From a virus, in the IMG/VR virus record IMGVR_UViG_3300001450_000028, positions 8,327 through 72,326 of that record: a stretch of DNA of 64,000 nucleotides; one strand, written 5' to 3'. The stretch's first letter is position 1, and each line of letters opens with the position of its first letter. This document shows, one piece after another, positions 58,045-64,000 of this stretch. A program made the translations under genes and the position numbers. The notes under the pieces were generated by a model. It saw nothing but the letters and a program-made list of their open reading frames with translations, was not told the DNA's origin and did no database searches.

Positions 58045-61000
58045 ATGGCAGAACTAACTTTTAAATCAGCAGGTGTAAGCACAAGAGAGATAGATCTTTC
58101 TGGCCCAACCCCTACTGGCCCTACAGGTGTACCAGCTGGAATTGTTGGCACGTCGGTTGAAGGGCCTGCTTTTGTACCACTTACATTTGCAAATTACGGA
58201 GAGTTTAAACTAGCATACGGTGCATCAGATGGATCTAAGTTTGGTCCAATTGCTGTAAATCAATGGCTAAAAAATGCTCAAGCAGTTACATATGTGAGAG
58301 TCTTAGGCGCAGGCGATGGAAAGAAAAGAAGCTCTGCTACAGGAAATGTTACAAATGCAGGGTTTGTAGCGGGTGCTTCTCAAGTTCAAGATAATGGAAT
58401 AGTAGGAAACAACGTATATGCAAATGCAGGCGGAGATGGCCACGGAAGAGCGTATTTCCTAGGGTGTTTTATGTCTGAATCTGCAGGAAGCACAATTTTT
58501 TCTGATGCTGGTATTCAAAGCACAAATCAGACAAAAGTAAAGTCAGTCGCTGGATTCAAGGCTGTTGCACACTTAACAGGCGCGATTGTTGTAGAAAATA
58601 CAACAGGTCTTAAAAGAGCATACCACTTTCACTCTGCTGCAAACGGAACTGCGGCACCAGCAACTACTGCCCTTCCATCAGGTGTATTTATTAAAACAGA
58701 CGGAGTTGCAGTTAATACAATTGCTTCTTCTTTTATATCACAGCTTGCAGATACCGACTCTCACTCAGGTACAATAACCGGTGGAACAAATGCGTCTTTA
58801 GCTCACTTCACTCAGTCGCTAGGTGGCATTTTTGGTAATACACTAATTTCTTATATTGACACAGGTGTGGCTGCATCAGCAGCAGCTAAAGTAACTTCAC
58901 TAAGTAGAGATACACAGTTTAGATCAGGTTCAACAGCAGGCGGTGCAGTTCCTATTCTTAGAGGGGTCTTGCTTGCACCTAGTGGTGTAGTTCTTTCGCT
59001 TAGTGGAAATCTTGGAGGAACAAATACATCACCTGCTTCAACAGCAAATTCTTCAACAGTCAGAGGTTTTACTTCAGGTTCAATTAAGTTAACAGCAGGC
59101 GCACAAGATTTTGTACTCTTTATGAACGGTTATAAAGGTACAACTTCAAACCCAACTGCAATAACAGCTTCTTTCGATATGACTGCAAATAATTACTTTG
59201 CAAACGTCTTGAATACAGACCCTCTAAAAACTGAAGAAAAGGGTCACTTTCTTTATGGTTCATACGATATTTATCCGACACTTGCAGTTGTAACAGGTGC
59301 AGACTCTGTTAGACCGGGCGCCTATTTGAAAGATGAAGAACCAGCTGCTATGATCCTTACTTCATCGCAAGCTAGAGTTGCAGCTGCAACAGGGGCACCT
59401 TCATCAACCGTTCCGGTTTATGAGTCTTTTGAAGATAGATTTAACTCAGCTAAATCTCCATACGTAACTTCTCAAGGATTTGGTGCATCGCCTTATGACT
59501 TATTTAGAGTAAAAGCTCTTTCAGACGGAGCAGGGCTTTCAACAACATTTAAAGTTTCAATAGAAAACATTGTCAAATCAAATTCAGATTCTGACCTTTA
59601 CGGTACTTTTGATCTTCTTGTAAGAAAATTTGATGATACTGATGATGAACGTGTTGTTTTAGAGTCTTTTAGAGGGCTTTCTTTGGATCCTGGTTCTAGT
59701 AGATATGTTGCTAGGGCAATTGGAGATCAAGAAATACTTTTTAATTTTGACAATGACGCAGAATCTCAAAAAATTGTTGTTGACGGAACACACACTGTTA
59801 GATCAAGATATATTAGAGTTCAAATGTCTAATGCAATGAAAAAGAAAGAAGTACCTGATGAGGCACTTCCTGTCGGGTTTAGAGGGCCCAACCACTTAGT
59901 TACATCTGGTTCTTTATTAAACTTTGTTCCTGTACCAGATTCAGTCAGTTCAGCTGCTATTCATAGAAGAATAATAGAACCTCCTTTCCCATACAGAATA
60001 AGTATTGCGCAAGGAACTGGGCTTAGCAAGCGTTCTGATGCAAATCTATACTGGGGTATGCAACCTAATAGAAGAGAAACAATTGCAACACCAAACGCAA
60101 ACACTCCAATTGATGAGTCACTAAAGACATTTGTTAAGTACTTTCCAGACCATAGAAAAGATTCAATTAATTTTTCTGTAGGTGGAAATGCAGGTGTGGC
60201 AGATCAAAATGGCACTGTGTTAGACAGCGACAGGTTTAACAATAACAGATTTTCATTAGAAAAAATTCAAGTTAGAACTGGATCAAATACTTTTGCAGAT
60301 CCGGAATACTGGCTTAGTGCATCTTATGTTAGGAATGGTGTAATAGCTGCAAACGCTACGAAGAAAACAAGAGGCCTTACAGTAGATGACTTTGATATTG
60401 TAGGTAACAGAAAATATCTAAAATTTACACTGCCTCTTCAAGGCGGCTTTGACGGTGTAGATATTTTTAACAAAGACAAGCGTGACTTAACAAACAATGC
60501 TGCAAAGCGTGAAATAGATGATGAAACAAATCAAGGCGGCACAGCAGGATCAACAATTTCAGCTTATAGAAAAGCTGTTGATATAATGGCTTCGACGTCA
60601 GACGTTGATATTCAGCTGCTTTCAGTTCCTGGAATAAGACACTCAGCTGTATCAGATTATGCAATTGATGCAATGGAAAATAGGTTTGATGCAATGTTGA
60701 TTATGGACATTGAAGAAAGAGACCAGTTTAACACGGTTATTACTTCTTCAATTCAAAATCCACATGTTGCAAATACAGTTACGTCATTTAAGAATCGCGC
60801 ACTCGACTCATCTTTTGCTGCTGCTTACTTTCCTGACGTGACAATTGAAGACCCGGATACAAGAGCGCTTGTTTCTGTGCCACCTTCAGTTGTTACAATT
60901 GGTGCTTACTCACTCAATGACAGAGTTGGTCATCCTTGGTTTGCGCCTGCAGGATTTACAAGAGGCGCTCTAAACACCGTAGAAAGTACAAACGTCAGCC

Positions 61001-61431
61001 TTAACAGGACAAACTTAGATGATCTTTATGATGCTGATATTAACCCTCTGGCGCAATATCCTGGAAGACCTCTTTCAATATGGGGCCAGAAGACACTACT
61101 TGCAGCAAACTCTGCGCTTGACAGAGTAAATGTTAGAAGGCTGTTAATTGATGTTCGTAGAAAAGTTCGAGGAGTTGCAAATACACTTCTCTTTGAACCT
61201 AACAGAACAGAAACACTTGATAGATTCTCAAACCTTGTTAATCCAATTTTGCAGTCTGTTCAAGATGGTCAGGGTGTTGATAGATTCAAAGTAATTATTG
61301 ATACAACTACTACAACACAGGCAGATGTTGAGAACAATACAATTAGAGGAAAGATCTTCCTTCAACCTACAAGATCAATCGAATTCGTTGCACTAGACTT
61401 TGTTGTCACAAATGCTGGAACAACTATCTAG
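58045..61431 (+). CDS. gp18: Tail sheath protein 2 (gp18-like paralog)
   Basis: FKSAGVSTREIDLS, GPAFVP, PWFAPAGFTRG, WGQKTL, LDRVNVRRLL, LFEPN, PTRSIEFVALDF. Confidence 0.95.
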   Translation: MAELTFKSAGVSTREIDLSGPTPTGPTGVPAGIVGTSVEGPAFVPLTFANYGEFKLAYGASDGSKFGPIAVNQWLKNAQAVTYVRVLGAGDGKKRSSATGNVTNAGFVAGASQVQDNGIVGNNVYANAGGDGHGRAYFLGCFMSESAGSTIFSDAGIQSTNQTKVKSVAGFKAVAHLTGAIVVENTTGLKRAYHFHSAANGTAAPATTALPSGVFIKTDGVAVNTIASSFISQLADTDSHSGTITGGTNASLAHFTQSLGGIFGNTLISYIDTGVAASAAAKVTSLSRDTQFRSGSTAGGAVPILRGVLLAPSGVVLSLSGNLGGTNTSPASTANSSTVRGFTSGSIKLTAGAQDFVLFMNGYKGTTSNPTAITASFDMTANNYFANVLNTDPLKTEEKGHFLYGSYDIYPTLAVVTGADSVRPGAYLKDEEPAAMILTSSQARVAAATGAPSSTVPVYESFEDRFNSAKSPYVTSQGFGASPYDLFRVKALSDGAGLSTTFKVSIENIVKSNSDSDLYGTFDLLVRKFDDTDDERVVLESFRGLSLDPGSSRYVARAIGDQEILFNFDNDAESQKIVVDGTHTVRSRYIRVQMSNAMKKKEVPDEALPVGFRGPNHLVTSGSLLNFVPVPDSVSSAAIHRRIIEPPFPYRISIAQGTGLSKRSDANLYWGMQPNRRETIATPNANTPIDESLKTFVKYFPDHRKDSINFSVGGNAGVADQNGTVLDSDRFNNNRFSLEKIQVRTGSNTFADPEYWLSASYVRNGVIAANATKKTRGLTVDDFDIVGNRKYLKFTLPLQGGFDGVDIFNKDKRDLTNNAAKREIDDETNQGGTAGSTISAYRKAVDIMASTSDVDIQLLSVPGIRHSAVSDYAIDAMENRFDAMLIMDIEERDQFNTVITSSIQNPHVANTVTSFKNRALDSSFAAAYFPDVTIEDPDTRALVSVPPSVVTIGAYSLNDRVGHPWFAPAGFTRGALNTVESTNVSLNRTNLDDLYDADINPLAQYPGRPLSIWGQKTLLAANSALDRVNVRRLLIDVRRKVRGVANTLLFEPNRTETLDRFSNLVNPILQSVQDGQGVDRFKVIIDTTTTTQADVENNTIRGKIFLQPTRSIEFVALDFVVTNAGTTI

Positions 61432-61462
61432 AAAACCTATATATATTATTGAGGAGTTATAA

Positions 61463-61951
61463 ATGGCAGAAACACTATCAGTCACAGATATGTTACCAAA
61501 CAAATTTGAGCCGAAAAGAAATTACCGGTGGGTACTTGCAATTGAAGGAATTGATTCGTTCTTAGTTGCAAAGGCAAACAGACCGTCAATTACTTTAACA
61601 GACAAGAAAATTGATTTTATAAACAGCTATCGCAGAGTAGCTGGAAAGCTTGAGTTTGGTGATTTATCTGTAACACTTCACGATCCCATAGCTCCTTCAG
61701 GCGCACAGCAAGTAATGGAATGGATTAGAACTCATTACGAATCAGTTTCAGGTAGAGCTGGGTATGCAGATTTCTACAAGAGAGATATTCAGCTAAAAAT
61801 GCTTGACCCAATTGGTACAGTTATTGAACTTTGGGATGTAAAAGGCTGTTTAATAACAAATACAAACTTTCAATCACTTGACTACGGAAGCGATGATATT
61901 CAAATGATTGATCTTACAATAAAGTTTGACAACTGCGTTCTACAATTCTGA
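61463..61951 (+). CDS. gp19: Tail tube protein (T4 gp19-like)
   Basis: FEPKR.YRW, TLHDPI.PSGAQQVMEW, GYADFYKRDI.L..LDP.G, LDY; follows the sheath genes. Confidence 0.9.
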   Translation: MAETLSVTDMLPNKFEPKRNYRWVLAIEGIDSFLVAKANRPSITLTDKKIDFINSYRRVAGKLEFGDLSVTLHDPIAPSGAQQVMEWIRTHYESVSGRAGYADFYKRDIQLKMLDPIGTVIELWDVKGCLITNTNFQSLDYGSDDIQMIDLTIKFDNCVLQF

Positions 61952-61977
61952 TTTAAAATAAGTTTTACTGTCTTATT

Positions 61978-62010
61978 AAGCGATCGTATATTTATTACGA
62001 TCGCTTTTTT
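61978..62010 (+). terminator. Hairpin with T tract after the tube gene; its loop carries the candidate late-promoter motif
   Basis: AAGCGATCGTA-TATTTAT-TACGATCGCTT-TTTT, a perfect 11-bp stem. Confidence 0.7.
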
Positions 62011-62021
62011 ATGGAGTAAAT

Positions 62022-62852
62022 ATGTCTAAGACAGAATTAATGGGCGCGACACCTGAAGGTGTCTCACGTCAAAATGTGATGAAAGAAGAGTTTGGGTGGG
62101 AGGTGCCCGTTGAAGCTATTCCGCTTCCATCTCGTGGTTCACTATACGATCCTAATTCTATTTTATACAATAGAGATACTTTAAAAATAAAGTCTATGAC
62201 TGCACATGAAGAAGATATACTTGCTTCTCCTGCTTTTCATAAAGATGGCTCTGTAATAACTCAACTAATTAAGTCTTGCTTGACAGATAAGTCAATAGAT
62301 CCGGACCAGCTAATATTAGGTGATAGAATATCACTTATGGTAGGTATAAGAGTTACTGGCTATGGCCCTTCTTATAATGCTTCTTCAACCTGTCAAAGCT
62401 GTGGCCACTTAAATAAGTTTGAAGCAGATCTTTCTGCTTTAGAAATTAATAGATTAAAAATAGAACCTGTATCACCAGGTAGGAATGAGTTTGAATTTAG
62501 CCTTCCTGTTACAAAGAAAAAAGTTACTTTTAAATACTTAACGGGAGGAGAAGATAGATTAAGAAATCAAACTTTAAAAAATCAATCAAAAGTGTTAGGT
62601 CTTAAAATTGACAACAGTATTACTTCTTACCTTGAAAGCACTATAATATCAGTAGACGGAATTAGAGATAGATTGAAGATAAAGCATTTTATTCATAATA
62701 TGCCTGCTTTTGATTCAAAAAAATTAAGGTCATTTATTGTAGATAACGAGCCAGGCATTAACATGTCTCATAGTCTTACTTGCGAAAGTTGTGGTGCAAG
62801 TAGTGATGTTTCTCTCCCCATAACTTCCGAGTTTTTTTGGCCCAGTACATAA
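62022..62852 (+). CDS. Baseplate hub assembly protein / tail assembly chaperone (T4 gp26-like)
   Basis: LPSRG..Y, MTAHEEDIL, GDR..L...IR..GYG, two CxxC pairs, ends FFWP. Confidence 0.8.
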   Translation: MSKTELMGATPEGVSRQNVMKEEFGWEVPVEAIPLPSRGSLYDPNSILYNRDTLKIKSMTAHEEDILASPAFHKDGSVITQLIKSCLTDKSIDPDQLILGDRISLMVGIRVTGYGPSYNASSTCQSCGHLNKFEADLSALEINRLKIEPVSPGRNEFEFSLPVTKKKVTFKYLTGGEDRLRNQTLKNQSKVLGLKIDNSITSYLESTIISVDGIRDRLKIKHFIHNMPAFDSKKLRSFIVDNEPGINMSHSLTCESCGASSDVSLPITSEFFWPST

Positions 62853-63075
62853 CTGGAGAGAAGCATTCTTAGAAGAATGCTTCCTGCTTCAGATGCACTT
62901 GGGTATGTCATACACAGAGTTGCGAAGATTACCAGTTAGATACAGAACTTGGTATATAAAAAGATTGTCTAAGCATTTTGAAGATAAAAGAAAATCAATA
63001 GATAAAACACCCGATAGCGCTTCAAGTCAAGGATCATTTGACAAGTTTGAGAAAATGGTTAATCAAAAATTGTAA
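62839..63075 (+). CDS. gp51-like / GT-type C-terminal module, probably expressed by frameshift from 62022
   Basis: The +1 frame is open from 62824. FLEECFLLQMHLGMSYTELRRLPVRYRTWYIKRL resembles gp51/GT modules; there is no RBS at the correct distance from ATG 62893. Confidence 0.65.
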   Translation, partial: GPVHNWREAFLEECFLLQMHLGMSYTELRRLPVRYRTWYIKRLSKHFEDKRKSIDKTPDSASSQGSFDKFEKMVNQKL

Positions 63076-63103
63076 ATAAGCCTATTTAATCATAGGAGAA
63101 GAA

Positions 63104-64000
63104 ATGGCCATTGAGCAATCTGACATGGAAGCCTTAACCAAAGCAATTAGAGCTGGTATTTCTGCTGGCTTTAGAGATCATTTCAAAGATGGCCGGTCAG
63201 GTCAAAATTTAAATAGAACATCTGTTTCAACAGAGGCAGATCTCCCACCGCCTCCTCCGCCACCAGAAAGATCAGAGTCACTAAGTACAACAGTTGATCT
63301 GTCTTTTACTGCAGGATCAGGTGTAGGTGCCGAGCAAGGCACTGTTTTTTCTACTATTGAAAATGTTGGAAATGCATTAATTCAAGCAAATAAAGTAGTT
63401 TTTGATAATGCATATGAAAACCAAAACAATAGAATGTCAGTACTTTTTAGAGGCATGGTTCAGACGTATGGCGCCGGACTTAAAGATATATCTTCAGAAG
63501 CATTTAATACAAATGACTTTGCTAAAATATCAAACACATATGCAAAAAATCAGCTTGAAATATTTGGAGGTCTAAGAAACGAGTACTTCAAAGAAGGCAG
63601 TGAACTATTTCAAATTGTAGAAGGTGACTTTGCAGATCTAAACGCAGAATTTGAAGACTTTTCTAGAAAGCTTAGTAACACAAACATACAAGCAATGAAG
63701 AAAATTAATGCAGATGCTATGAAAGATGTTATTAAGTTTTCAAAAGCAACAGGTACTACAGAAATTGTAGGAACCCCGGCAGGAGTAATTGGAACTTCAC
63801 AAAAAGGACCTGCGTTTGTTCCTGTGACCGTCGGTTCATTTGCTGATTTTGAATCAAAATTTGGCACATTAGATCCGGATCGATTTGGTCCATACGCAGC
63901 AAACGAGTGGCTTAAAAATAGAACGTCACTCACTTACATTAGAGTGTTAGGCGCAGGATCAAATTCTTCCACCTCAGATATATCAGTTACACAAACAGCA
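63104..64000 (+). CDS. Probable tape measure protein N-terminus, fused in frame at ~63753 to a copy of the sheath-1 N-terminal region; runs off the window
   Basis: AGGAG RBS; ATG 63104 is open to nt 64000 (299 codons, absent from the ORF track because it has no stop); expected tape measure position after tube and chaperones. Confidence 0.5.
   Translation, partial: MAIEQSDMEALTKAIRAGISAGFRDHFKDGRSGQNLNRTSVSTEADLPPPPPPPERSESLSTTVDLSFTAGSGVGAEQGTVFSTIENVGNALIQANKVVFDNAYENQNNRMSVLFRGMVQTYGAGLKDISSEAFNTNDFAKISNTYAKNQLEIFGGLRNEYFKEGSELFQIVEGDFADLNAEFEDFSRKLSNTNIQAMKKINADAMKDVIKFSKATGTTEIVGTPAGVIGTSQKGPAFVPVTVGSFADFESKFGTLDPDRFGPYAANEWLKNRTSLTYIRVLGAGSNSSTSDISVTQTA
63753..64000 (+). repeat. Diverged direct repeat of 54965..55212 (5' part of sheath 1)
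   Basis: Ungapped 248-nt alignment at offset 8788; 24 mismatches by hand count; only one amino-acid change (V to I). Confidence 0.95.

Noticed and set aside
51814-63075. Tailocin or extracellular contractile injection system (suggested by two sheaths)
   Set aside because: Terminase, portal, protease, scaffold, capsid and neck genes are adjacent, so this is a complete phage morphogenesis region.
63753-64000. Template/variable repeat pair of a diversity-generating retroelement (with 54965-55212)
   Set aside because: The mismatches involve all four bases, are almost all synonymous, and fall at a gene 5' end; no reverse transcriptase is in the window.
1-64000. Stop-codon reassignment, as in some large phages
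   Set aside because: Conserved genes are intact in the standard code, coding density is near complete, and TAA, TAG and TGA all end genes.
1-64000. CRISPR array, tRNA or rRNA genes
   Set aside because: Intergenic gaps are short; no regularly spaced repeats or cloverleaf/T-loop patterns were seen by eye. A tRNAscan/Infernal run would confirm.

Overview
A 64-kb, AT-rich, almost entirely plus-strand segment of a large T4-related (Far-T4/jumbo-type) myovirus genome, read with the standard genetic code. In order it carries: a baseplate/tail-accessory block (gp6-like wedge, LamG proteins, several very large virion proteins); an embedded DNA-metabolism and accessory block (RuvC-like resolvase, primase, PAP2 phosphatase fused to a degenerate Fic domain, MoxR-like AAA+ ATPase with a VWA/metallopeptidase partner, Mre11-Rad50 fusion); the head module (large terminase, portal, prohead protease, scaffold, gp23-like capsid); dUTPase and small head-associated genes; and neck, terminator, two tandem tail sheaths, tail tube, a tail-chaperone pair and the start of a probable tape measure gene. 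Most notable: (1) a shared amphipathic N-terminal leader ending in [IL]-x(1-2)-E, plus internal x-N-E linkers, on unrelated small proteins, suggesting a capsid cargo-loading and protease-release system; (2) a probable +1/-2 programmed frameshift joining the gp26-like and gp51-like ORFs; (3) a nested promoter/RBS/ATG inside the scaffold gene; (4) a recurrent ATAnWTA candidate late promoter; (5) structured 5' leaders; (6) a ~90% identical, almost wholly synonymous copy of the sheath-1 5' region fused in frame at the window end, probably an assembly chimera or a recombination scar. All annotations come from motif recognition and gene order by eye; no database search was run.
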